DNA of 64,000 nucleotides from sequence record PV467749.1. One strand, 5' to 3'. The stretch's first letter is position 1. Each line of letters begins with the position of its first letter. The position numbers were made by a program, and so were the translations under genes. A model generated the notes under the pieces. The model ran no database searches and was not told where the DNA came from. It saw nothing but the letters and a program-made list of their open reading frames with translations. Positions 10,540-19,970 of the stretch are shown here, piece after piece. The stretch comes from a phage.

Positions 10540-10612
10540 ATTTTATGCCAGTACTTGATACTGGCTTTTCTTTTTTGTATTAAATATAGTATAATGAATA
10601 AAGGAGGGAATT
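10540..10612 (+). promoter_or_regulatory. array cassette: terminator + promoter + SD
   Basis: gccagtacttgatactggc 10547-10565 + T-run; canonical promoter/SD string. Confidence 0.7.
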
Positions 10613-11792
10613 ATGTTACCTTTTGTTAGATTATTTGATTATGGGAATATTGCCCCTGTCAAAGATACTGTTGTTAAAATTAATAGTGATGAAAATTCAA
10701 TAAGCGTATTATACAGTGATGGGTCATTATATATGCGTGGACGGAAACCAATCAGCAAAAATGGGAGTTACTGGTTCATCTTTTTTGGATAGATGGGTTT
10801 TATGTCCTTATAGTGTTGATGATTTCTGGAGTTCTCTATATTGTACTATAATTAGAACAAAACAAGGGGAATTGTACTATAGTGGGACTAACTCAGTTTT
10901 TGGTATATCATCTTCGGTTTCAACATGGACTCGTTGTGAATCATATTTTGGATCTATTTCTCCGAGTTCAATAAAAGATATAAAAATAACATCATCAACC
11001 GGAACTAACAATTCCATGTTAATACTAACAAGTGACGGGCAGTTATATGGTATAGGCATGAATGGTGCAAGTGAATTGGGTACAGCAACTGCACCAATTA
11101 CATCTCCACTCTTAATTGACACTAGTGTATCTGCAATTGCATCTAGTGAAATGAGCAGAAACTTTCACTATATAAAAGATGGTATATATTATCGTTGTGG
11201 TGAGAATACTTTTTATCAATTAGGAACCGGTGATAATAAGCCTATTACTAGTTTTACTGCATTGAATCTTGGTAGTTCTCATGTAATTGCAGTACAAGCT
11301 ACACGATGGGTAACACGTTTGATTGTTCAAAGTAGTACATCTGCTTTGTCTTTAATGGCGGCTGGTTGGAACACACAGTTGACTATAGGTGGTTCTGAAA
11401 ATACTGGTATAATAAGGTCATCATTTACTACCAATCCCTATACCGATATAACAGCAAATTCATTCGATAAACTTTCACCAGTATCCTATGTTAATGCAAT
11501 AAAATCCAGTACTAACATTATTAATACGAATGGTAAGGGATATAATTCTAATGGTGCTGGTTTAGGCCGCAACGCAGTCTCTGGGAATTATGGTTCAATA
11601 TTACCAATAGAATTCTTTGATGATAGTGTTGACTTATCACATGTTGAGTGGTTTGGTACGATTGGTAATGGTTCAGTATCGGTAGTTAGTATAGGTGAGG
11701 ATTTATACTGGACTGGAAACCCTGGGTATTTTACTGAACAAGGTGAGACTGGATATATATATAAATTCAAAAAGTGCGTTCCTTTTAGATAA
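10613..11792 (+). pseudogene. RCC1-like array member 10, frame disrupted near nt 10739-10743
   Basis: ATG 10613 gives MLPFVRLFDYGNIAPVKD...SLYMRG and then hits a stop at 10790. The homologous continuation (GNQSAKMGVTGSSFLDRWVLCPYSVDDFW, compare member 9) is in the +1 frame, i.e. ORF 10716..11792. Confidence 0.7.
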
Positions 11793-11863
11793 ACACAATG
11801 CCAGTACTTGAGTACTGGCATTCTTTTTGATTAAATATAGTATAATGAATAAAGGAGGGAAAT
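11793..11863 (+). promoter_or_regulatory. array cassette: terminator + promoter + SD
   Basis: gccagtacttgagtactggc 11800-11819 + T-run; canonical string. Confidence 0.7.
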
Positions 11864-13042
11864 ATGTTACCTTTTGTTAGAATGTTTGATTATGGAAATA
11901 TTACACCTGGTGTACCAACACCAAAAGATTTCTTTTTGGATGTATCATCTGGCAAACCTACTATGTTGATGCTTTTGGATAACGGCGAAGTATGGGGTTG
12001 TAGTAATGATGGACAACTATTAGGTTTAAACACTACCGCGTCAGCATACGGTAAGCCATACTTTGTTATGGAAAATGTTAAGTTAATGTTCGCGTCAGTG
12101 TGGGGGACATTACTTATCACTAACGATAATAAAGTGAAGTACACTGGCAGACAAACCATGTTTAATGGTTCATCAAATTATTGGAGTACTTTTCAAGATT
12201 TTACAACGAAGTACACTGCTGTTGGTATTGACATAAGTACTATAGAAAAAGTTGGATTCAATACTGGTACATTATTCCTACGCACAACTAATGGTGATTT
12301 ATGGGGTCATGGAAATAACGCTAATGGTTATTTCGGAAAAGGAAATACCGTGGCGAATTACACACCAACCAAGATCAAGACTAATACATTAGATTTTTGG
12401 TTAACTAATGGGAATGCAATTGTACAAACTGGCACTAAAGAATTCTATGCTACTGGTGATAATTATTATTATCAAATGGGTGTTACGACTACTGGTAATA
12501 TAACAACATGGACACAGATTTTTAAGGACGCTACTGATGATCCTGAGTTTGAATATAATGCAATGCGAACAAGTCAAGCAACATTAATACTTTACGGTAA
12601 AGGAACTACATTCTACGCAAGTGGGAGAAACTATATGAGTTCATGGGGTGTATCTGGAGCACCAGTGGATGTTAATACTACACTATATAAAGGTACGTTA
12701 CCATTTGTACCCGGTGATTTAACATATTTTTATGCTGGTCGAGAACAAGCATATTGGACTAACTTAATCATTGATACTAATGGAGTTCTGTACATATCTG
12801 GAACAAAAGATGGGGGTGGTGGTTCAAATGCACCTATATTTGAAGTATTACCGACCCCAAGTAGTGCAGTTGGGTTCAAATGTGGCACAGCAACACGTTC
12901 TTATGCTATAATGGATTGTACTGGCAATCAATTTATGTACGCACGTGGTACAGCTTTGTCAGACCCTGCTGGCTTTACACCAATGAGTACACCATTAAAT
13001 CATACATGGACACACATAACAGATTTTAAATTTAACCGATAA
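11864..13042 (+). CDS. RCC1-like repeat protein, array member 11
   Basis: MLPFVRMFDYGN; GNNANGYFGKGN, GDNYYYQMGV. Confidence 0.85.
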   Translation: MLPFVRMFDYGNITPGVPTPKDFFLDVSSGKPTMLMLLDNGEVWGCSNDGQLLGLNTTASAYGKPYFVMENVKLMFASVWGTLLITNDNKVKYTGRQTMFNGSSNYWSTFQDFTTKYTAVGIDISTIEKVGFNTGTLFLRTTNGDLWGHGNNANGYFGKGNTVANYTPTKIKTNTLDFWLTNGNAIVQTGTKEFYATGDNYYYQMGVTTTGNITTWTQIFKDATDDPEFEYNAMRTSQATLILYGKGTTFYASGRNYMSSWGVSGAPVDVNTTLYKGTLPFVPGDLTYFYAGREQAYWTNLIIDTNGVLYISGTKDGGGGSNAPIFEVLPTPSSAVGFKCGTATRSYAIMDCTGNQFMYARGTALSDPAGFTPMSTPLNHTWTHITDFKFNR

Positions 13043-13112
13043 TATTATGCCAGTACTTGATACTGGCATTTCTTTTTGTATTAAATATAGTATAATGAAT
13101 AAAGGAGGAAAT
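13043..13112 (+). promoter_or_regulatory. array cassette: terminator + promoter + SD
   Basis: gccagtacttgatactggc 13049-13067 + T-run; canonical string. Confidence 0.7.
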
Positions 13113-14288
13113 ATGTTACCTTTTGCAAGAATGGTTAAGTACGGAAACAGAGTTCCAGCACCTTCAGGTGTTATGAAGATAAGTACATCTCCATCACATA
13201 TGGGTATGTTATTTGATAGTGGTAACTTATATCTACGTGGAAATGGTGCACACTATATGCTAGGAAATAATAGCACTGCGTATGTGCAAAATGGGTGGGT
13301 ACAGTGTCCATATAAAGTTTCTAATGTTTGGTGCTTCTTTGCAGCAACAATTATACTTACGACTGACGGAGAATTTTACTTAGCTGGTCAAATGGGTTAT
13401 GTCGGTGTATCTGCATCACCAGTTCCTGGATGGACTAATATCACATCTTTATTGTCTACAATACCAGCACTTACTACAGTAGTAGATATAGCTGCTACTG
13501 AAACTACTGCATCAAATGGTGCGTTATTGATTTTGTTAAGTAATGGGGACTTATATGGGATTGGGCGTAATACAGGAGGTGCATTGGGTGTTACTGGTAG
13601 AAAAACAACGCCAATTCAGATTGCTACTGGGGTTACTATAATTGCGGGAACAACGGCTGGGGATGCTTTCCATTATGTTAAAAATAATCAATACTACAGA
13701 TGTGGGAATAACGCAAGTTACAACTTAGGATCAGGTTCTTCTAACCTTTCGACATTTACGGTAAGTACTGATATATCGGGAACAGTTATTGGTATTTCAT
13801 GTACTACATTAACGACTTCAGTACTTACATCTAATAGAAATAATATTAATGTATATACGGCTGGAAAAAACACTGATTATTGTTTAGGAATAGGGTATGG
13901 CGACACTACTAGTATCATGAGTCCATTTAGTGCCACTCCCGCAATTAGTGGTATTATACCAGATGCTGGGTCGATGAACAATCACAGTTTGAATTATTTT
14001 ATAATGGCAATGACACAGAATGGTAAACTTTATACATGTGGTAGTGGTGTTCCTCTTGGTTGGCCTGTTACTACTGCATCAGAAAGATCTTATTACCACC
14101 AGGTACAATATGAGGATATGGATGTTGCACCAGATGTTAATGCATTTTCAGTTCAAGGTGGTTCTGGTGTGTTATACGCGTTAGTGGGGACTAATGAGGT
14201 GTACTGGTGTGGTAACGGGTCTATGTTTCAGGAACAGAGTCCAGGTACACAACAAGTTAAAATGAAGAAAATGATTTTACCAGAATAA
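13113..14288 (+). CDS. RCC1-like repeat protein, array member 12 (VKYGN subtype)
   Basis: MLPFARMVKYGNRVPAP at Met23 of ORF 13047; GRNTGGALGV, GNNASYNLGSG; C-term KKMILPE. Confidence 0.85.
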   Translation: MLPFARMVKYGNRVPAPSGVMKISTSPSHMGMLFDSGNLYLRGNGAHYMLGNNSTAYVQNGWVQCPYKVSNVWCFFAATIILTTDGEFYLAGQMGYVGVSASPVPGWTNITSLLSTIPALTTVVDIAATETTASNGALLILLSNGDLYGIGRNTGGALGVTGRKTTPIQIATGVTIIAGTTAGDAFHYVKNNQYYRCGNNASYNLGSGSSNLSTFTVSTDISGTVIGISCTTLTTSVLTSNRNNINVYTAGKNTDYCLGIGYGDTTSIMSPFSATPAISGIIPDAGSMNNHSLNYFIMAMTQNGKLYTCGSGVPLGWPVTTASERSYYHQVQYEDMDVAPDVNAFSVQGGSGVLYALVGTNEVYWCGNGSMFQEQSPGTQQVKMKKMILPE

Positions 14289-14367
14289 AATGTGAAATAC
14301 AATGCATGTACTCAGTACTGGCTTTTCTTTTTTATTAAATATAGTATAATGAATAAAGGAGGGAAAT
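14289..14367 (+). promoter_or_regulatory. array cassette with degenerate hairpin
   Basis: gcatgtactcagtactggc 14303-14321 (two mismatches in the stem) + T-run; canonical promoter/SD. Confidence 0.55.
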
Positions 14368-15717
14368 ATGTTACCTTTTGTTAGAATGTTTGATTATGGG
14401 AATACAGTAGATGTTCCAACTGTAAAGAAATTCGACTCCATTGGTATGGGTCATGATAGGAATGGTGGTGGTAATTGGTTTGGTGCAATATTAGCATCAA
14501 ATGGAAATTTATATGGTATTGGTCAAACAAAATATGTTTCTTTTGGTATAACACCAACCAATGGTACAGGAATTGAATTAGTACGAAAAAATGTAAACAA
14601 TTTTTGGCTACTATCAAATGGAATAATAGTTAAAGATAATGATGGTTCATATCATTTTTGTGGTGTATATGCAAATGGAATATTCACACATTCAAGTATA
14701 ACTACAGCACCTTTTATAACAAATGGTTTTATAAATGTATCTTCTTATTTTTCTAACGTAGGTGAAGTTGTGGAAATGGTATTCTGTGGTGGATATGATA
14801 AAGGTCCAGCAACATCATTAACCCCAGCATACACTTCAAAATATAGTTGTATTTTGGCAGCATTGAACACTAATGGTGAAATCTGGTATATGGGTTTGTC
14901 GATACAAGGTTTAATAAACAACTCCACATCAGATTACTACTTTACTTCTTTTACTAAAGATAATCAATTGACACAAAAAGCAGTTTCATTAAGATGCACA
15001 ATAGACATGTCACATAATAATGTGTATTTTGTTGGTAATAGACCTGTACTTTATGCCAAATTAGAAGATGGTACAATCGTAGGCAAGGGATATAATATAC
15101 GATATGGTATACAAAAACCAGCTAGTACAAACCAAGTGATTAAAACGTGGACTACAGTGGCTGTAATCGGAACAGCAGATGATTTTGATGCAACAAACGA
15201 AGGCATGATGTACTGCTCAAATTCACAACTATATCGCTGTGGTAATGGTGGTGGTTTTTCTTTCTGGAATGGTACAAGTAGTGTGTATTATATGGGCTAC
15301 AACGTTGGTATGTTTCTAATCGGTGCGAATGACGTCAACCGTGTAGCGGGTGGTTTTAACGTCCTAACTACAGGGATTAAAGATGATGTAGGTATAAATG
15401 TACCAACTTCATCCAGTACCAAAATACGAATGAACTACTGTGGAACTGTAATTTTTGAACCCGGAACAACATCAATATATAAAGCACATGGTGTTTATAG
15501 TGATTACTATGCTAGTCCTTCATGGCAAGCGGGAGCAGTCGCTTCATTTACATATGAAGACATTGGTATTAAAATCAAAGATGCTATGTATGTTGGTGGT
15601 ACTCTTGGGTTTACAACATATGGATTATTAGTGGTTAGTACTGAAGGTAAGGTATATTGGAGAGGTGTGTACAACGGTGTAACATATAAAACACTCACAG
15701 AAATACATTTGTTGTAA
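14368..15717 (+). CDS. divergent propeller-like protein, array member 13 (449 aa)
   Basis: MLPFVRMFDYGN start. The body is poorly RCC1-like; membership rests on the N-terminus and the cassette. Confidence 0.75.
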   Translation: MLPFVRMFDYGNTVDVPTVKKFDSIGMGHDRNGGGNWFGAILASNGNLYGIGQTKYVSFGITPTNGTGIELVRKNVNNFWLLSNGIIVKDNDGSYHFCGVYANGIFTHSSITTAPFITNGFINVSSYFSNVGEVVEMVFCGGYDKGPATSLTPAYTSKYSCILAALNTNGEIWYMGLSIQGLINNSTSDYYFTSFTKDNQLTQKAVSLRCTIDMSHNNVYFVGNRPVLYAKLEDGTIVGKGYNIRYGIQKPASTNQVIKTWTTVAVIGTADDFDATNEGMMYCSNSQLYRCGNGGGFSFWNGTSSVYYMGYNVGMFLIGANDVNRVAGGFNVLTTGIKDDVGINVPTSSSTKIRMNYCGTVIFEPGTTSIYKAHGVYSDYYASPSWQAGAVASFTYEDIGIKIKDAMYVGGTLGFTTYGLLVVSTEGKVYWRGVYNGVTYKTLTEIHLL

Positions 15718-15787
15718 TATAGTGCCAGTACTCTGTACTGGCTTTTCTTTTTGTATTAAATATAGTATAATGAATAAAGGAGGAATT
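15718..15787 (+). promoter_or_regulatory. array cassette: terminator + promoter + SD
   Basis: gccagtactctgtactggc 15723-15741 + T-run; canonical string. Confidence 0.7.
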
Positions 15788-16939
15788 ATGTTACCTTTTG
15801 CAAGAATGGTTAAGTACGGGAATATTTCACCTGTTCCTGCAACACCAACTATAAAAGATTTTAAGATTGGTTTTACCCATGAAGTGTTATTGGACAGTGC
15901 AGGTGATGTGTGGGGTATTGGATATAATACCGCTGGACAGTTGGGATTTCTGGATGCTAACACAAATTCAATAGGAATGTGGTCTAAGATACATGAGAAT
16001 GTTAGATTAATTGGCGTTACTGCCAAATATACTGTAGTTGTTACAAATGATAATAGAATACTTTACGCCGGAAATAACTTAATTTCTAGTACTACAACGC
16101 TTGGGTGGAACGATATAACGTCCAGTATGGGAGAGGTTGCAGTGGATAGTATAGATACATTATATTGCACAGATGGAATGATGCATATTAAAACTGCTGA
16201 TGGCTCTTTATATGCATATGGACGTAATATGAACGCGAACGCTGGAGTTACAGGCGTTTCTGGCGTTATTAGTGTTGCAACTAAAGTTAATGGTTTACCA
16301 TCGGCAGTGAAGGATATACGATATACGTTTAGTTATGGTTCAGTACTATGCCAATTTGATACCACTTCGGTATATGGATGGGGAAGAAATGTCAATGGTG
16401 AATTAGGTCAGGGGAATGCAGCCGCAGTTCCTGCCCCATACCTATTGGCGGGAGCTTCTATTGTTATAGGTACTTCTTATAATGCTACTGCCATTGTTTC
16501 TGGTACTGGAACGTTAGTTACATGTGGTGGACAAAATAATGGTCAGTTAGGTAATGGTATTACTACTGCTGGTAATGTATACATATATGGTGCTAGGTCA
16601 TACCCTGGCGATCTTAATAATATAAGAAGTCCAGTAGATTGTAGTACAACTTATACTTCCGCATTTATGAGTACAGATGGTATATATTACACGGGTTCGA
16701 ACCGAAGTGTTTTTGGTGGTGCGAGTGGTTCTGCTACTGTTGCATTATATACTAAATGTAGTGATTTGCCAATATTATATTCCAATATAACTCAGTGGGG
16801 TAGTGGTACTATTGGTGGGGCGATATGTAGCAGAACTGAATTATATCAGTGTGGTACAGGTAGATACATTGCCGGAGATGGACAGAACGCAACTAGGTAT
16901 GGGTTTAGAAAGACACCATTACCTTGGGATGTTTATTGA
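15788..16939 (+). CDS. RCC1-like repeat protein, array member 14 (VKYGN subtype)
   Basis: MLPFARMVKYGNISPVP at ATG 15788; GRNVNGELGQGN, GQNNGQLGNG (best RCC1 match in the array). Confidence 0.9.
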   Translation: MLPFARMVKYGNISPVPATPTIKDFKIGFTHEVLLDSAGDVWGIGYNTAGQLGFLDANTNSIGMWSKIHENVRLIGVTAKYTVVVTNDNRILYAGNNLISSTTTLGWNDITSSMGEVAVDSIDTLYCTDGMMHIKTADGSLYAYGRNMNANAGVTGVSGVISVATKVNGLPSAVKDIRYTFSYGSVLCQFDTTSVYGWGRNVNGELGQGNAAAVPAPYLLAGASIVIGTSYNATAIVSGTGTLVTCGGQNNGQLGNGITTAGNVYIYGARSYPGDLNNIRSPVDCSTTYTSAFMSTDGIYYTGSNRSVFGGASGSATVALYTKCSDLPILYSNITQWGSGTIGGAICSRTELYQCGTGRYIAGDGQNATRYGFRKTPLPWDVY

Positions 16940-16945
16940 AATAAT

Positions 16946-16965
16946 GCCAGTACTCAAGTACTGGC
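16946..16965. terminator. bidirectional hairpin between convergent genes
   Basis: gccagtac-tcaa-gtactggc, A-rich before and T-run after. Confidence 0.7.
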
Positions 16966-16972
16966 ATTTCTT

Positions 16973-17623
16973 TTACATATTATATAATGTGAATGCAGTC
17001 ACTTTACCAGTTGTTGTTAGTTCATTATAAAGATACTCCAAGATTCTCGCACACTCTAAGTATATCTCGATATCATCATGAATAAGTGAGTACTGAAATA
17101 GCTGTTCTTCAGGTAATTTGTATTGACTTCCTTTTAATGAATTGAGAATATCTTTCACATCATCAAGTACTGGGTAAAGTACGAAATCTTCATCATATTT
17201 TGAAGCAATAAATTCAAATCCACCACCATCAGTACTAGATATACCAATCAGTACTTTATCAATCAAGTTAATGTTTATATAACGGTTGTGATTTGGGTGA
17301 ATTGAAATCTCAAACATACGAGTACTGTTACAATCAACATCAATATACAAATATACATCATTGAATTTATAAGTTAAACAACCGTACTCAAGAAAATCAG
17401 AACAAATAATTGATGAGTTTTTTCTTGTCTCTGCGTAATGCATCTTGATATTCTTTTCACGCATAAGTAATTCGAACTTTGCACTAAACTTGCCACCAGC
17501 AAGATAGTTAGTATTAGGACGTTTGTAACTTGCAACTGGTCGGTGGGATGATGTAAAGTATTTTTTTGTGAATCGTTTCTGTTTAGTGAAATATTCTTGA
17601 TAGAACTTACTTCTTTTATTCAT
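16973..17623 (-). CDS. hypothetical protein, EE-x-FQ family member inserted in the array on the opposite strand
   Basis: 216 aa ORF; C-terminal PEEQLFQYSLIHDD motif shared with 10 other ORFs in the window. Confidence 0.75.
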   Translation of the reverse strand: MNKRSKFYQEYFTKQKRFTKKYFTSSHRPVASYKRPNTNYLAGGKFSAKFELLMREKNIKMHYAETRKNSSIICSDFLEYGCLTYKFNDVYLYIDVDCNSTRMFEISIHPNHNRYININLIDKVLIGISSTDGGGFEFIASKYDEDFVLYPVLDDVKDILNSLKGSQYKLPEEQLFQYSLIHDDIEIYLECARILEYLYNELTTTGKVTAFTLYNM

Positions 17624-17700
17624 GAGTACCTCAATTAAATCGCTGTAAAATTGTACATTATAAAATGATTAAATAAAGTATAACACAAGGAGATTTTATC
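17624..17700. promoter_or_regulatory. divergent promoter region
   Basis: The + side has gattaaataaagtataac + aaggag before ATG 17701. The minus side has ttttataat upstream of ATG 17623. Confidence 0.5.
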
Positions 17701-18825
17701 ATGTTACCTTTCGTATTGTTATTTGATTATGGGAACGAAAAACAAGAAAGTTCTTATGATGTTAGTGTATATGGAAACAATAACTACATTTTAAATAAAC
17801 AAACTGGAAACCTTTTTGCATCCGGTGCTGCGGCATTCATGGGTGATAACACAGTTAAGTATTATATTACCCAAATAGAATCAAATGTTCATAGCTGTGA
17901 GATAGGTTTCCTATCATCATGGATAATTAAGAAGGACAAAACTGTTTTCATTTTAGGAAACAAAAGCAGTATAGGATTAACTGGTTCGACAACATCATGG
18001 TTCGAAATTACAAATTTATTTTCTGCTGTTCCTGAAATATGGGACAACCTATTTGAATGTAAAGTTCAATTGGGATATAACTGTATACGTGTTATGACAC
18101 CACTAGGATCAATCTATGCGATTGGTACAAACACTTATGGTGCATTGGGTACTGGTACTACATCCTCATCAACTTCGTTCGTTAAAAGTGGTGCTGTGGA
18201 TGCTGTACGCATGGAATCAACAGAACGTTCAGTGTTCTATCAAAACAGTTCTGGACAATGGTTTGGATGTGGTGATAACACATATGGTATACTAGGTCTA
18301 GGAACTACCGCGAGTCGTGTAAACTCATACACCGCACCAGTATGGACTAATGCAGAAGCTGTTAGCTTCTCTAACCGTGGGATCATATACAGCCTCAATG
18401 GTACTCTATACTCATGTGGTGACAAAGTTAATGGTCAGCTAGGGGATGGATATACACAAAGCATAGACGCTGCCAGGAGCACACCATACACCATAGGAAC
18501 CGCATTCCAAATTGGTAAGGCAATAACATCAGCTACACAAGCATCAGCCAACGTATTCATTGGTAAAGATAATAAGTTCTATGGTACTGGTAGTATTGCT
18601 GCTGGTATAAATGGTAGTACTAGTGCTGCATTAAGTAAAGTTACTGCGTTATCAGCAGCACTACCACCTGACATTACATACAATGATATTATAACATTTA
18701 ATACAGGGACCGTAACTTTTATTCAAGCAAAAGGACAACTATATTATGTTGGTAGAAGAACTTACATAGATAATAGTTCAGACGTTACCACACAGTTCAG
18801 TGTAATTGGTGGCTTAGATAATTAA
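17701..18825 (+). CDS. RCC1-like repeat protein, array member 15/16 (last)
   Basis: MLPFVLLFDYGN; GTNTYGALGTGT, GDNTYGILGLGT, GDKVNGQLGDG. Confidence 0.85.
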   Translation: MLPFVLLFDYGNEKQESSYDVSVYGNNNYILNKQTGNLFASGAAAFMGDNTVKYYITQIESNVHSCEIGFLSSWIIKKDKTVFILGNKSSIGLTGSTTSWFEITNLFSAVPEIWDNLFECKVQLGYNCIRVMTPLGSIYAIGTNTYGALGTGTTSSSTSFVKSGAVDAVRMESTERSVFYQNSSGQWFGCGDNTYGILGLGTTASRVNSYTAPVWTNAEAVSFSNRGIIYSLNGTLYSCGDKVNGQLGDGYTQSIDAARSTPYTIGTAFQIGKAITSATQASANVFIGKDNKFYGTGSIAAGINGSTSAALSKVTALSAALPPDITYNDIITFNTGTVTFIQAKGQLYYVGRRTYIDNSSDVTTQFSVIGGLDN

Positions 18826-18830
18826 AATTA

Positions 18831-18855
18831 ATCCAGTACTATTATAGTACTGGAT
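18831..18855. terminator. bidirectional hairpin between convergent genes
   Basis: atccagtact-attat-agtactggat followed by T6. Confidence 0.7.
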
Positions 18856-18861
18856 TTTTTA

Positions 18862-19233
18862 TTATAACATACGTTTTTTACGAATAGTATTGTGGATATT
18901 TTTTAAGTAGTTCACACCTTTACACAACCCATAAAATACACCAGCACATACACCAAATGCAGGTATCATACATGCAAACATCGTTATCAATTCCCACATC
19001 TCCATGCCATCTTGATTCGGTCCAAGGTCAAAGATAACAACCGAAACCAAACCTGTGATACTTAGCATATAATATGCCATGAAGATAATAAAAGAAACAA
19101 TACCAACATCAGAGCGAACTGAATTTAGCATATTATATACTGGGGTTACACAGAAGTAATACAATAACCAAATCAAAGAACCTAAACTAAACACAATAAT
19201 AGTAATGATCGAAAATATTTCACGATAACTCAT
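18862..19233 (-). CDS. small multi-TM protein, family A member
   Basis: 123 aa, 3-4 hydrophobic segments, basic tail IRKKRML; first (3'-most) of 7 abutting paralogs. Confidence 0.7.
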   Translation of the reverse strand: MSYREIFSIITIIVFSLGSLIWLLYYFCVTPVYNMLNSVRSDVGIVSFIIFMAYYMLSITGLVSVVIFDLGPNQDGMEMWELITMFACMIPAFGVCAGVFYGLCKGVNYLKNIHNTIRKKRML

Positions 19234-19234
19234 T

Positions 19235-19597
19235 TTAGTTCCTCTTACCTAAACGCTCATGGATTTCGGAAATCTTATTATACATCCATGCCAGCAACTC
19301 AACGGATGCACAGAGAATAACCACACACAGTGTTAGTGAACATACCATAATACCAAATGTTATAAAATTCGAACTCGATGTTAATAATGCAACCAGCATT
19401 AGAATAAAACCAAAATTGAATGCTGTACTCAACACAGTATATGCTGGACTATATCTCCTTTGTATTACATCATATATATTTGATAATGGTCGCTTATGGA
19501 AGTACTTCCCAATGCACACGAATGCATTCAGTGAGAAGATAAATGTATACGCCATTACCATTAATTGACCAATAAAAGATAATTCAATATTATTCAT
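19235..19597 (-). CDS. small multi-TM protein, family A member
   Basis: 120 aa; GKYFHKRPLSNIYD after TM1; tail RLGKRN; 1-nt gap to neighbours. Confidence 0.7.
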   Translation of the reverse strand: MNNIELSFIGQLMVMAYTFIFSLNAFVCIGKYFHKRPLSNIYDVIQRRYSPAYTVLSTAFNFGFILMLVALLTSSSNFITFGIMVCSLTLCVVILCASVELLAWMYNKISEIHERLGKRN

Positions 19598-19598
19598 G

Positions 19599-19970
19599 TT
19601 ATCCTCGTTTGCGGTATTTGATGCTTTGGTGCATTCTCTGAAAATGTGGAACTAATACATATTGTACGGTTTGCCAAATTACCATCAGATTATGGACAGC
19701 ACCACCGAGTAGACCAAACACTACACAGATAATTGCCAGTACTGGATCACCATCTACCATACCCCATTTGAATATATGTAAAATCCATACAGTGATAAGT
19801 AGTAATAAACTAATCCAATACGTAGTAAAAAATCCTGCATGTAATTCATAGTCATCAGCAATTTCATCGTATACGGTTTCCAAGAAGGATACACAGAAGA
19901 ACTTGCCAATAATAATAATTGTACTAATAAACAACATAGCAGTTAATATAATAAGTGCAATTTCCATCAC
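19599..19970 (-). CDS. small multi-TM protein, family A member
   Basis: 123 aa; GKFFCVSFLETVYDE; tail KYRKRG. Confidence 0.7.
   Translation of the reverse strand: MMEIALIILTAMLFISTIIIIGKFFCVSFLETVYDEIADDYELHAGFFTTYWISLLLLITVWILHIFKWGMVDGDPVLAIICVVFGLLGGAVHNLMVIWQTVQYVLVPHFQRMHQSIKYRKRG

Noticed and set aside
878-15787. N-terminal extensions of array genes in the ORF track (starts 878, 5823, 8169, 13047, 15722)
   Set aside because: The extensions translate the terminator hairpin and promoter (…PVLDTGFSFCIKYSIMNKGG…). The conserved SD sits 7-8 nt before the internal Met of MLPF..., which is the start used by the sibling genes.
940-15787. Regularly spaced ~70-nt repeats as a CRISPR-like array
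   Set aside because: The spacing is 1.1-1.4 kb and the intervening 'spacers' are full-length genes. The repeats are explained as terminator, promoter and RBS. No cas genes were seen.
370-16026. Antisense ORFs inside the propeller genes (for example 370-597, 925-1146, 1153-1383, 2764-2997, 3536-3736, 7567-7755, 8618-8881, 9567-9854, 10877-11122, 11890-12159, 14381-14617, 15628-16026)
   Set aside because: Each is fully overlapped by a longer sense ORF with clear repeat motifs. They lack SD sequences, have odd composition, and several read through the terminator/promoter cassette.
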